A stretch of DNA of 58,167 bases from Ancylonema sp. (GCA_050230475.1 JBFLGF010000025.1:62001-120167), one strand, 5' to 3'; positions 37,181 to 50,135 are shown, counted from the stretch's first letter. The notes: generated by a model not told the origin, from the letters alone. Made by a program: numbers and translations.

Positions 37181-38205
37181 CGTGACCACGACAACTTGCG
37201 TGACCACCGTGATGCCGACGACCTCGACAGGCATCGGGCTCGCTACCGTCAAAAGTTCCCGTTTTGGAACCCCAGGGATCAGTATCTCACCGTTCTTGGC
37301 TATCCTTACCTCATCACCCAACAGGTATTGCCTGCAACATTATCGCCCCAGGAGCTAGCCGAGGAAACTCGGAGAATCTATACACCCGGTAGCGTGAATA
37401 ATGTCGCCACCATCCGCGAGGAGCAACTCACCATGGGTCAACAATTGCTGCGTTTGGGAAACCACAAGATCATGGAGGACTACACCCTTTCCCCGCCTCG
37501 ATTTCATTGGAACGGACGCAAGTTTCAAGGAGCAAAACCAATGCCAGTCGGCATCGCACCCCTTCACCCGTCCATCGTCAGCAAAGGCGTGCACATCTAC
37601 GAACCATGTGGGGGATCCGATATCAGCGTTCTCTACCTCCACTTGGAATGCGGCGATTTTGTGGGGACATACACGACACAAGTGGAGAGCAAGGCGGACG
37701 AACAGGCCGTGTACTTCGCCTTGCAGAAAGCTCAACGTCAATTCCCCGGTCAACTCCCTGACAACGCGATCGCAGGCTGCTGCAGTCGTTTATGGAGCAA
37801 CATCATCGAGGAGACGGCAGAACCTGCCTTCCGGCGCCTCATCAACGAGCGCGGCCAAATCGACATTATGGGGGGGTATTGGAACGGGGAAACAGAGGTC
37901 ACCTTAGTCCACGTAGGGGGGGCTTCGATCACCGTGTGTACCCTTTCCTGGCGCTGCTCAGAATTTTGCGAAACCTCTCAGATATCAAGGATCACCCTCC
38001 TCGTTACATTCTTTTCACCCATAGGTGTTTGGATTCACCACCCTAGGTAGCAGAGATGTACCCTGTGGTTACCACATTCCTTGGACACCCAGCCGTCATC
38101 GAAGCAACCTCGGTGAACTCCAACAACCGCCGCTCAACCCTTATGTGGTAGAACCACATGCCAACCCGCCTTCTCGAAGCTTGCTTGCCTGTCGAAACCA
38201 TTGGC
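37181..38205 (+). pseudogene. C5 cytosine-methyltransferase-like ORF, N-terminal part, catalytic motifs altered
   Basis: GVHIYEPCGG (motif I-like), RQFPGQLPDNAI, IDIMGGYW (motif IV position); frameshift; GGFDHR..FLALLRIL..PPRYILFTH (motifs V-VI), LGHPAVIEA..NSNNRRSTLMW*N (motifs VII-VIII). Confidence 0.7.
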
Positions 38206-41200
38206 TGTTAAAACGATTTGTCACTTAACACGGTAGCGCACAAGTTCACTGTTTTACAATACACGACAATAAACTGTACGGTAAAGCAACAGCGTTTTGG
38301 TATGATCGTGGAACGTTTTGGTATGATTGTGAAATGTACTTACAAAAGCATTCACGTCGGGCTAATGTACCCGACGAGGCGACAACGGTACAATCATTAC
38401 TGAACACTTTTCTAACCGACCGTGTTGCCGCACGTGTGTCTACGGCAATCTGCCGGAGTCGACTGTCACCACACAAATCCAACTAATGGAGTGGTGACAC
38501 CGCATAGCATCCTACAACGACTACTAGCTTGGTCACGTCCGTGCAAGTGTGGACGTGCCGTGTGCGGACGGATGCCCGGGTATAGCATTCCCGGCTCCGT
38601 GTCCTAAAAGACTCTAAGGCAATTTAGCCGGACATAGCAAACCAAGTTATTAACGTGCCTATCCGAACTCAATTCCTAACACACCCCCTCGGATGCACAG
38701 CCTTGTTTGGCATTGTCTAGTGCAAAGGAGGACTACCCTACAATGAAGCCGGGTAGTTGGTCCTTCCGTAGTCAATTACAAACACTAGGGGCTCCTATTT
38801 ATGTCATCTCAAATCATCACGCTTGAACTTGAAGCGCTCCCGCCCCTTGTCGTTTTTAGGGCCGAAGCCCTGAACATACAAAAAAAAACAACAAGTTAGT
38901 CGACAAACAAAAACATAAAAGTTCATTTTTAAATTCACTTTTCAGTTTTGAGTCAGAAAATTTAAACTTGTATAACTTATTGAAAACATAACAAATCAAT
39001 CTCAGACTTTGACATAACACTCAAAAAGACAATAGCAAGATATATGATTAAATTCAGATTTAACAGAGTTCAGATGCAAAAGTTCAGTTTTCAGATTTTA
39101 ACTTTCTTACATTTTTCTGGATATTTTAAGGTTTAAGAGTTGGAAAGGACTCAGCTTTAAAAAACGATAGTATTCCTCCACTCTGTATCACACAAATCAC
39201 CTTCTCCCAGACTAGGCAGTGGATCCGAAAGCTCCGCACCAGCACCACCTGTTTATTTGACTTTCCCAAAACCTACAAACTCCGTGTGTCTATCTAGCAA
39301 GAGTTGAGGTAAGGCCTTAGTCAACATATCTGCAGGCTGCAGTTCTCCACTAAGATGTACATATCTCAGTCGACCTTTTTTGTGGCACTCCCTGACCCAA
39401 TGATAGACCACGTTAAAGTGTTTGGCCTTCTGGCGTTAGACAGGGTTGATGATCATGGATAATGCTGAGTTTGAGTCAGTATGAACAGTAATCTGGACTG
39501 GCATCTTAAGCTCACGGAGGAGCGACTTAAGGTAGCAGCACTCTTTACTGACACTACATGCTGCAATATACTCTGCTTCTGCCGTACTTTGTGCCACAGT
39601 GGATTGCTTTTGACTTTTCCAGCTGAGGGCTGTCCCTCCTACTGTGGTGACCCATCCTGTGACTGACTTAGCTGTGTTATGGGGCAACTGTTGTAACTCG
39701 CATCACAAAACCCCTTCATCTCCAAGCGTTTCTTGCCTACAAACGTAAGACCGTGATCATGAGTACCCTTTAGATAGCGAGAGGTGGTGAAGTGCCTTTA
39801 TATGATTAGGGCCAGGGTTGGACATGTGTTTTGCTAGCACCCCTACAGTGTACGCAATGTCTAACCTGGTCTGTTTCATAACATAGATTAAACTTCCTAT
39901 CTTCCCTCTAATGTCTGTGATAGCTTCAGGGGTAGGGGGGAAGGAGGGTTCATCACTTAGGGAGAATTGGGTTCCAGGGGCAAGGGGAAGTTTGGTGGGG
40001 TTACAGTCCCCATACCATACCGCTCACTTCCACCCCCAGGATGTGGGTTAGGGGACGTAAGTCTTTCATTTTGAAAGCTGACCCTAACTCCTTCTTGAAC
40101 TCAGCAATGACCTTCTTATTAGGACCTACAATGACCTCATCATCTACATGAATACCCAAAATAATTCTGCTCTGACTCTCACCCCTGGTATATATACAAG
40201 TGTCCATAATAGACTGTGTGAACCCCACTTTCAGCATAAACTCACTAAACATTTTAGCCCAGACGTGGCTACTCTAGTTAAGGCCATATAGGGCACCTCG
40301 CACTCTTAACACCTTTCCCTCACTACCACCTCGGATTTTCATACCCGGGGGAATCGTCATGTAAACCTCTTCCTCTCACAGCTATAGCAAGCAGCAAGGA
40401 AATGGAAGTGCTATCTACGACAGGTGCAAAAACCTCGTTATAGTCGACACCCTCTTGCTGAAGAAATCTCTGAGCTACCAGTCTGACCCTATGCCTCTCG
40501 ATGTCACCAGAAGGCAAGAGTTTTCGTTTGAAGACGTACTTACAGCCAACGGGCCGTTTTCCGAGTGGAAGCACACACACTTCGAAGGTCTGGAAATCTT
40601 TCAGCGACTGCAGCTCTGTCTGAATAGCTTTCTCCCACTGCTGCCAGTCAGGTCGTTTCTTTGCTTGGTTAAGGGTGAGTGGGTTAGAAGAGTTAGTTGT
40701 CTGGCTAGCAAGAACATAACGTGGATCAACTGGCCCATTAAAACCCGTGAAAAAACAGGAAGGCTCAAAGTTGTCAACAGGCATGTGCCCACATGCAATA
40801 GCGTCAATGACATCCTCATCCTAACTCTTCCCCCATCGCATCAGCATACATCCCCAAACTCAGCAAAGTTTACCCCGACCGCCTGGCCATCACGCGATCT
40901 GCGATACTCTGATCCTCCACTCCCCCCCTCTAGCATCCCCTCCTTCATCACCCCCTCCTTGCACCTCTTCCTCATCCGCACCCCCCATATCATTGATCCC
41001 TGACTCCGAGAGCTCGATGACTTCTGGCTGGTGTGGCTGGACGGCTGGTACATTGGCTGCAGGGGCTACTGGGACATGGCGTGGTGTTCTGGCTGCTGCT
41101 GCTGGGTTATCATCTTCCTCACACGGGAAGAGTTTGAAAAATTGCTCATCTGAGGGAGGGGAAAGTGGCTGCGCTGCTGCCTTCTGCTCCATCAATCGGG

Positions 41201-43478
41201 GGTAGCCTGGCACGAAGTCGTAGAAACGCACGTCTGTCCTCACGATGAGACCAGCTCGCAGGGGATCAAAAATCATGTACCCTGCCTGACCAGCTGCCAT
41301 CCCCAGAAACACCCCAAAAGCTGTCCTAGATGCAAACTTAGCACTCTTAGGGTCCTTATCATGACCAACTTTCAAATACTGGACCAGGCACCCGAATGTG
41401 TGGCTGTCCTGATACCTAACCTTCTTGTTTGACCAAACCTCACTCGGTTTCTCACCCCCCAATGCTGCTGTCGGTGACCTATTCTTGAGCCAGTTTGCAT
41501 GCAAAACAGCAACATCCCAATAAGACTTAGGCAGTCCACTCCACAGCAGCAGGCATCTCATTTTCTCTAGCAAGGTTCTATTCAGCCGTTCACAAATCCC
41601 ATTCTGTTCAAGACTGTACGGACCTGTCAACTCATGCTTAAACCCTTTACTCTTAGCAAACTGAGTCCACTCATGTGAGTCATACTCCCCTCCCATGTCA
41701 GTCTTGATCGACTTAAGCGGTAAATCAGACTCGACCTCTAGCATCTGGACCAAATCCCTCGTAACTTCCAGTGCCTCACTCTTTTTCTTCAACAGACTCA
41801 CGAAAGACACTCTTGTGCTGACCTCTATCCCTAACTGGAAATACTGGTACCCCCCATTTGCTGACATTACAGCCAAAGGCCCTACCAAATCCAAAATTCT
41901 TCCCATCTTTTGTGCATGACCTAGATCCTCATCACTGTCCGACTTAGACCGGTGTGGCAACTGAGTCATCTTGCCCTGGCTACAGATCTGACAGTTATTA
42001 ACCTGCTCGACCTCCTCTACAGTCAGTCTCGGTGTATCGCCACTTCTAGACATGTCTGACATAGCATGAAGACCCGGGTGACCCAGTCTGATGTGCTAGA
42101 GCATGCCAGTAGACGTGGTCAGTGCCACCAATGGCTTTGAAGCTGTAGGTGGGAGATGAACGACATGCACAAAAAGCAGGAGTAACCCTGAACTGGTTTT
42201 CATAACATCTGCCCACTTTTCACCCCCCCAAAGACACAGATGGCACCCCCACTCTCACTGAGATTGAAGCCAATTTGAGCACCCTTGTTGAGCTTGTTGA
42301 CGGAGACGAGGGTCTGGCCCCAGCGATGGCACATGCAGCGACCGCAGCCCAAAGTAGAATTTCCTGTCTCCGCAGGTCACCTGGATCGCGACGATCCCAA
42401 TTCCCATGACTTGATGGGGTCTGTTGTCAGCCGTTCTGACGAAGCTGCAGCTGAGGGGGACATTGGAGTAATAGGAATGGAACTGGTCGCGTCGAGGGAA
42501 GACGTGGTCCGTGGCCCCTGTGTCCAGGATCAGATACTGCCCCTCCTGCGATGCCGACAGCACCTGACTGCTGCTCGGGAAGACTGCCATCCCAAAATGC
42601 CCCTCTCCTACCCCTCCCTTGAAGTCGAGTGCAGCTTTTCCGAAGCTCTGCACCCCTGTAAAATTCGCCCATCTTACTCGGCTAGCAGCATCTTGCCTCA
42701 TCACGGTGCAGGTTTCATGCTCATGCCCGGGTCGCTTGCAGTAGGTACACGACAGGGCATTCTACTGTTGTTGTCCTCCTTGCTGCCGATTCTTCCCATA
42801 GTGCTGGCCTCCGCCACGTCCTCCACCGAACTGTTGCTGCCCTCCTTGATGTCGTCTTTGCCCTCCCGATTGCTAGCTATCGTGCCGCAGTAGTCGTCGG
42901 CAGTCTCGCATGAGGTGGCCTGGCGCGTTGCAGTTGTGGCACTTCTTCTGAGGTCCAGCTCCTCGAGCCTGGCCACCTCCCTCTCCGTTCGGACAGCTAG
43001 TGCGATAGTGGCCGAACTGTTGGCAACCGTGGCAACGCACGTTGCTCAAATCTGGCCCTTGCTAGGGCCTGCCGCTAGGTCCGGCTCCGCCAGATCCGCC
43101 GTAGTGAGCTTACGGACCACCGAGAGGCTCGCCACGCTTCCGCGCGCTGACGATGAGCTTGGTGTCTTTTCGCTGCAGAGCTGAGGTGATGTGGGGGATT
43201 GTGTAGAGGGTCGGAGAAGACTCTGCCCAGCTCTGAACGACCTCCACCATGGAGTCGTAGCGGGAGCTGAGGCACGGGAGCTGAGGCAGTTTATTAAGTT
43301 CGTCGCCTGGTCTGCTTCGCTGACTGGCTTCCCCAGGTGCGCAAGCTCGCAGGCGTTTGACAAACTCTTGTAAGTCTTCGGCCTCTCCCATTACCGTAGC
43401 ACTCAGTTTAGCCACGGCATTAGCTACTTCAATAGCGCCCTGGACTTCATAAAAGGATGCAAGGTTGTTCCACATTTC
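38206..43478 (-). mobile_element. 5'-truncated decayed Ty1/Copia element related to family A
   Basis: 3' LTR 38681-38206 (TG...CA); PPT 38682-38690; gag EMWNNLASFY, LDTGATDH protease, integrase ORF 40890-42062, HVDD RT, RNase H; 5' LTR missing. Confidence 0.95.
39253..43478 (-). pseudogene. Copia gag-pol with frameshifts, stops and RT deletions
   Basis: TDMGGEY..QNGICERLNRTLLEK; CKYVFKRK..RVRLVA; KSVTGWVTTVGGTALSWKSQKQSTVAQSTAEAEY. Confidence 0.95.
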
Positions 43479-43479
43479 A

Positions 43480-43788
43480 AATGCGTAGGGGCAAACCCGA
43501 CGTGCATTCCCGTCTATCACCCCGTATCCCGACAGTTTCGATTTCACCATTGATCCGGCCACCGGTCACCCCGGCGAGGGCATGGTGTATGACCAACAAT
43601 CTGGCACGTACATTACACCCTCACCCTATGATCTGGAACGTGCCATAGGCTTTACTCCGGGAGCTACCACGGGACCAGTGGGAATGATCCGCACCGCGGC
43701 GCAACGTCGCAGCACCCTTGGTTTGTCTCTGGATCGTCACGTCACCCACTAGCTGGCATCCATCATCATGGCAACCTACAACCCATAG
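43480..43788 (+). pseudogene. C5 methyltransferase-like ORF, C-terminal part
   Basis: GQTRRAFPSITPYPDSFDF..GEGMVYD..PSPYDLERAIGFTPGAT..QRRSTLGLSLD..H*L matches motif IX-X layout; resumes right after the Copia remnant. Confidence 0.7.
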
Positions 43789-44449
43789 GGACAGCGCCTC
43801 ACCTCAACTCTCAGGTATCCCCCACCATCCTTGTTGAGGCAGAGGGCCAACTACACCAAAGTTCCAATGCATCCTCTCACCCAAACCATGCATGTGAATC
43901 AAAAACAACAAAACAAAAAGAAGAAATTTGTACGATAAGTTCTCCTTGCGCCATTAGAAATCCCACCATTTGTTAATGACGAACCTTGGAAAACCCCCAA
44001 TGCATCTTCTGCCGTTTCTAGTTCACCCACAACATCGACATCATCGACAATTATTTACCCTTGCTCTCAACCAGCCATCACTCAACCAGAGTCCCTCGCT
44101 GTAAATGAAACCAAGTTATTACAAGCGGAAATAGAAATTCTATATTTTTTGGCAGAAGTTCGTGATTTGATTTGCCACTCACCACCACTTTCTAAAGAAA
44201 CCTCACGTTGCACACCTTGGCGAGCAACGAGCGTAGATCCTGACCGTGTGTCGGTCCCTGCTCTCTCACCACCTGTGAACAACCCATATTATCTTTCAGA
44301 ACAATTTCCTTCACCCTTGCATGTCATTCAACTTCAGTATGACTCAGGCACCTCTCATCATACCTACAATTGCAAACCAATGCGATTCGGACTCTCTAAC
44401 CAACCAAGACGTGTGTGCACTACGTATGAGAAAACCTATGTCTCGACAG

Positions 44450-44642
44450 TGAAGCACAAGAAACTCGGCATTCTGCAATTCATCCTAGCCCTGCCATATG
44501 AGATCTGTAGGGTCATTGGGTCATCGATGATGGAATCAGTCGATGAAGGGGTAATCGCACTCAAAGTATAGATAGAAAGGGGTCTTGTCGATGTAGTGGA
44601 AGTGCAGATAGGAGGTTGGAATATCGTTACTCCCCCCCCCCC
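44450..44642 (-). mobile_element. PPT (44630-44642) and start of a probable LTR
   Basis: Minus strand G11-AG|TAACGAT, the same PPT style as at 29361 and 31248. Confidence 0.4.
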
Positions 44643-45119
44643 AGATTGAAGAGCTATGCGTTCACATCTGGGTTATCAACAAAAAAGTGTGAAGTGATGA
44701 GGATCACAGTCACAAATTGTATCATGTAATGATGTATCACAAGGGTTGTTCTCAAAAACTGAAAAATGACAAGTTGTCGATATTGTTGAAGGTGTAGTCA
44801 TCACAACATCAAGGTATGCAGACATTGTAGCAAATGTAAATGGGAGGGAATTTTTTTTGGACTTAGATTCTTGTGTCAACGGTAATTTATGTTGTGCAAA
44901 ACCATAAATGCCTTCGATAAACAAGTATTTTTCATCGCACGTTGTCTTGGCAGGGTCGGAGTCATGTTCTTCTTTGATTTGATGTTCATTTTTGGGAGTC
45001 TTGGTAACTTGTTGTGTGCATAAACGTAGCACGGTGTCATCCTGGTAATGTATCAATTGAACATTGTGTTGGGGATGGGGATCCTTCAAATCAATCGGGA
45101 GGTTGTAGGGTAAATCTGG

Positions 45120-45690
45120 TTATGTTTTGGTGTTATGATCATCGGGGATGGTGGTGGCCTTTGTGGATGAAGAAATTGTGGAGCCGGAACCAACTGAAAG
45201 TGTATTGGTGTCTTCCTCCATGTACTCCACTTGCACTGGGGATGAGAAAGGGTAATCGTTCTCAGAACTAGTTTCGGAAGTTTCAGACTCAGAGTCCGAA
45301 AGAGGGCTGGATGTAGATGGAATCGGTTGTGGTTGAGGAATTGTTGGTGTAGTAGCGACGCTCCCCTCCAGATTCTGGGATTGTCGATGAAACGCACCGC
45401 CAAGTAAGCCGCCATACCAAGCACATATTTTATCGTCCATCATTCTTCCAAGTAGTTGGCAGTTGCGTTTGTTCAGGTAATTGGTATCCGGGTGTGCAGG
45501 TATGGATATACCATTCAAGCTGTAATGCAAAAATCTTGTACGCTTGCCAGTTGTTGGCGACACCCAGTGGTTGTTGGTGTTGTCTTTCAACATCCCTTCG
45601 CCGTATGTATACTGAAGTAGATGTGGTCTCCATATTAAAACATAGTCTGTAACGGAGTGACGTGTGCACTGGTGCATTACTCTTGTTTTG
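45120..45690 (-). pseudogene. Second methyltransferase-like C-terminal segment plus low-complexity tail
   Basis: GEGMLKDNTNNHWVSP...QLLGRMMD...W parallels GEGMVYDQQSGTYITP...STLGLSLD...(W) at 43573-43752. Confidence 0.55.
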
Positions 45691-46399
45691 TCGATAATTA
45701 AGTTAATTGTCGATTGCGCCTCTAAGTAGAGTTGCTTATAGAGAGGGACGCCGGCCTCGGGCCTGCGCCCCGCCTAAGTATTAGTAATACTTGGCGCAAT
45801 GTTGCGCCAATTAATACTTGTTTAATATTAGATATTACCGTCCCCGCGTGGAGCCGGTAACTGTCTATTATTTCGACGGGTCAAAGTCCCCGCCCGTTCG
45901 TACGGATTCAGCCGTACATGACGCAAGTCAACCGTCGTTTGCGGATTCCATCCCGCATCGACAGTTAGAGCTCGTAGAGCTCTTCCAGTGGCCTGGGCGA
46001 ACCGCTGTCATCTGAGGTGCGATTCACCCCCAGCTGAACATGAGCTTGTGCACGATTCGGTCGTGAGCTCCGCCTTCAAACATACACGCCGCAGCCTTCA
46101 AAGTACTCAATGAATCACTAATTCACTAGTGAACAAGCTCTAGCTGGTGCAGACCGCGGACACAACGTGTCGATCACGTTCGAGTCGTATGTGTTTGTTA
46201 TTCGCTAATAACGTTCTTTATAGTGCCTTGTGGCGATATATTACATAGTCAGAATTGTATTGGTAAGGAGTGATTGGTGGCATGAATTGCCTCTCATCAA
46301 GGGACTGGTAATAGTTGCTCTCGTACTTATACATGTTGACACCTTTGCACCGGATAATAAGTGCTTCTTCCGTGGAATTGGAGGGCCGTGTGTCATCTC

Positions 46400-46620
46400 C
46401 TTCAATTGAACCATCTTTGTGACCCTCTCATGATACATTCTTTTTGGAAGTTTTGACTTCATTTACTTCGTGCAGTTTTCCCACATAGGCCCCAATGGCC
46501 TTCCCCCTTGACGAAGCATTTGAAAAGCATCAACGGACTCGCCACTTGACATTGGATCATTTCACGATCAACTAGAAATCCATTGTCTGCCAAATGTGCA
46601 GACATAGAGCTGATAAGGAA
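46400..46620 (-). pseudogene. Possible Myb/SANT (trihelix)-like fragment, perhaps Harbinger ORF1
   Basis: MSAHLADNGFLVDREMIQC then frameshift to KW; short and degenerate. Confidence 0.3.
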
Positions 46621-47154
46621 CGAGGCAGCCGAAGGAAATAGACGATTTGCACTTGAGATGGTATGTAGCCTAACTGGCTATGTGGTATTTTTAAGGGTTA
46701 TTAAGGAACCATATTTTAAGGGTTTTTAAGGGTCCGAAATTCCAAGGGGTTTTAAACCTTCACTTGAAAACCTTACTGAAGGCTCCTAATTTGCAACAGT
46801 TTTTAAGGTTACACAACCCTAAGAATACCCAAAACAAAATTGCCGCAATGCGGAGATATGGGCGGTTTCATTTAAAACCAACTTCTTGCATAGTGTACGC
46901 CATACGCCACACGTCCGACATCAACTAATGTCACCCATGAATCCGACTCAGTGGAAAGGCGTGGTATAATGAATTTAAATTGAAAACAACTACAAATAAA
47001 ACTTGAGATATTTAAAAAAAAAAGTACACGGGTAAAAATGGTGGGCTTACTTAGTGTTAAAAAATCTCGAATACTTGTTGGAATTGAATTTTCAAAGATC
47101 TACATAATCCACGTGGTCTTGGGATCCTTTTACAAAAAACCTAAAAAACCTATA

Positions 47155-47256
47155 TGGCTCCACCCGGGCGGAAAGCTTTCCGCCCGAGACGCCGACCGGG
47201 GCGGGTCCGCCTGGGGCGGAAAGCGCAGCGGAATTTGCGGGGCGGTGCCAACTATG
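47155..47256 (+). mobile_element. hAT-like right terminus
   Basis: GCGG-rich subterminal repeats ending in CAACTATG as at 2813, 4997 and 12201. Confidence 0.5.
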
Positions 47257-47942
47257 GTTTTGCACACATGCTGTTTTGTTATGACTTGTCTAAATTATAT
47301 ATTCTCGTGTCTAATTTGACACGATTCGCGTATCGATACTCGTTCAGATATGTACCCTTATGAACTTACGCTCAAACTTTTGGATCGATGCTTATCAACG
47401 GCAAAAACATTAAACGGAAAAATAGAATAGTGTTAACCTTCAACCTTTTTAAAAGTCCACCTCCTTTTGTATTCCACGTGCCGTCCTCCGTTCTTGGGGG
47501 TCGTGGGGGGCGGGTGGATATTGTGATTTCGAATTGAGTGGAGGGCCATTAGTATGTCATGCCGCTAGAGATCGTTGAGCGAGAACCCCTCTCTTCTGAT
47601 ATTGAGACCAGTCTAGCAAAAAACCATGGTGTAAGCAACCAGTTCGATATATACCAAGAATAGTGACTACTTGATGTAACCGAGATTTCTAGTATGAAGT
47701 TAGAATTAGTAATTTCAGAATCGAGCAACTTTTGTAATCTTGAAATTAACGCCTGGCGTGATTTCCGATTGTAATATCCACCAATCGTACAATTGGACTG
47801 CGTGTCGATTTGTCAGCGTTCAGCGCAAGTTTGTTATCGACAATATTAATTCAAACTTGTCAATTTTATCCCGCCGATAAAATCCAGCCGTAGAATAATT
47901 GACGTTAATATTTGTAGCGTCAAGATTTATTTGAACATTCTA

Positions 47943-48480
47943 CAGGGCTCCCTCGAAATAACGACCTTCTTAATAACGACAAACTCGATATAACGAGATT
48001 TTGTTTTACTTTTTTAAAATCAATATGAAATCGCCCTCGATATAAGCATAGCGACACTCTATATAATGACAAATTACTTCAGAAATTTGTCAGTGAATGT
48101 CTTTATACTGTGTATGTACCATTATTGCTCGCACATAACGATGTATGAAAATCTAGAAAAATCTAGAAACCTCATGAACGACACCTCAAATTATCTACAA
48201 CGTGTTCGAGTTGTTCGACATGTCATATTAAGAGAACGCCACTTTGTCCTCTTCGGATGGTCGAGAACTAACTATTTCGACAATCCGCATGTATTCGTAT
48301 CATGACGCACTTGTATAGCTTGTATATCAACACACACACACTGAATTGGATAATCATGCCAAGGCAACTTACTCTAGGAAACACATAATAAAACACATTT
48401 GCTTATTCACTTTGCTTTATTCGCAAAGTCCCTCGATACAAGGATAGAGATTTCAGATTCTAGTAGTAAATGTCGTTATA
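47943..48480 (+). mobile_element. pogo/Tc1-mariner-like element, left part
   Basis: TA|CAGGGCTCCCTCGAAATAACGAC terminus; repeated CTCGATATAA motifs; body matches 2814-3190. Confidence 0.65.
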
Positions 48481-48715
48481 TGTCTTTAAGTTGACCGAAG
48501 TCCCCTTTGCAACTTGTCGTGATCATTTGTGTTGTTTCACTGACTCTCTTACTGAGCCAACCTGTAAACTTGTGTGTACACTTTTACATCTTTGTGTTGA
48601 CGCTCTTATTGAGCCAGCAACATCATTATACCACTTCGTTGACGCTCTAAATGAGCCAGCACTACTTTGCTAGTATTTATGAATTTATGTCAACGACCTT
48701 TGCTAGTCATGTAAG

Positions 48716-48900
48716 TGACAAGGACACTAGGGTGTGTTCGGGTTACGTCTTCATGAGTCAGGGTGCAGCGATTAGTCGACGAAGTTCGTTGCTTGAGGTG
48801 ACCACTCACTCGAGTTGTGAATCGGACTATGTGGCGCAAGTGGAGTGGCCAATAAGGTAGTATACTTGAGGCAATTGCAACGGGAGTTGGTGATCAAGAA
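48716..48900 (+). pseudogene. Copia RNase H fragment
   Basis: DKDTRVCSGYVFMSQGAAISRRSSLLEVTTHSSCESDYVA..VVYLRQL. Confidence 0.8.
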
Positions 48901-49964
48901 TCACATTCAAGAAGTTAGTGTGTCATCGTCTTTTGGTGGATATATTTTGAAGAAAATTTTTGCTGAAATATATTCATGGCGTTCTTAATTTGGTGACGAA
49001 GTTCTAGATCTCGCAAAATTAATTGTCTTTTTATGAAGAGAAGTAGTGCAAGTTGAGAATATCATATGGCACGTGCCGCACGTGAGAATGATTGACCTTT
49101 ATTAGAGAAGTAGTTTAGCTCATAAATTTCACAATGGCGCTCAAATATTATGTATCAAGTATCCTTTTCTCCATATGGTTGTGTTGAAGGCTAAATACAC
49201 AATTCATCAGAAGTCTATTTACGTGACCTCACCCTTGGTAAGTTAGTAACAACGATTTGCAGTGAAAGAGGATTTTTGTATGCAAACGGCAAAGACGTGG
49301 GTGCTTTGTACCTTACGAACCATTAACTTCTCAACTCAGTGTGAACGAGTGTTACAACGTTCTTTAACACGTGTCATCCATGCTCAAACGTTGCGATCAC
49401 AGCAAGGTATGGATTTGTACCTCCCCCCCCTAGTGTCGTATTCGTCTGCGTAGTTGTTTTTAAGGTGTTTTAGGGTATGGTATGATTCATTTCTTCTTTT
49501 CGTATACTGTGTCCGATCTTTGCACTACTGTACTCATACAGGGTTCCTATTAAGCTTTCAATAGTATGAATTTCTCCAAAGTTAAAATTCCCAATTTTTG
49601 GATTTACACTAGAGCGATCATGATATGATTCATATCATATGAGTCAAATAAATTTTGAGAAAATGAATTTCAACAAAGTTTTCAGTTTTCAGTATCGACG
49701 AATTGTGCGAGACGAGGGGACTCCGACGCTCCGAATCCGACGCTCCGAATCGAGCCTCTGTGAATCAATAACCTGTCCAAAAATATTGATCCAAACAAGT
49801 ACCGTATTTCTGTATTCCGACATCTGATTTCATTAGAACGAGACAGGCTGCAGATCCCCTATGGCAGCTGGCTACAGAGCCATGGCGTAATAACATCGAC
49901 GAATATTGAGGGTTAGAAGGTCACGACTGACACTGTCGCTGTTGCTCGCCTTAAGTCGTGCGAA

Positions 49965-50135
49965 ATGGGAGCTGCAGAAAGCAAAGTTGAGGACATCGCC
50001 GCCATCGCGGCCAGCTATAACGGCTCTTATGCCCCGCCTCTGGGACCTGCAGCAGCTGGGAATCCTCAAGTATATTTTGACCTCAAGCTGGGTCGGTATG
50101 GCGCCGGAATTCCCATCGGCCGTGTAGTGATTGAG
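49965..50135 (+). CDS. Cyclophilin exon 1
   Basis: MGAAESK...[25 protein letters not shown], donor GTGAGT. Confidence 0.85.

Noticed and set aside
49861..49960. Upstream ATG encoding a transit-peptide-like extension of cyclophilin
   Set aside because: Different frame and closed by TAA TAA; a rescuing intron would be only about 30 nt.
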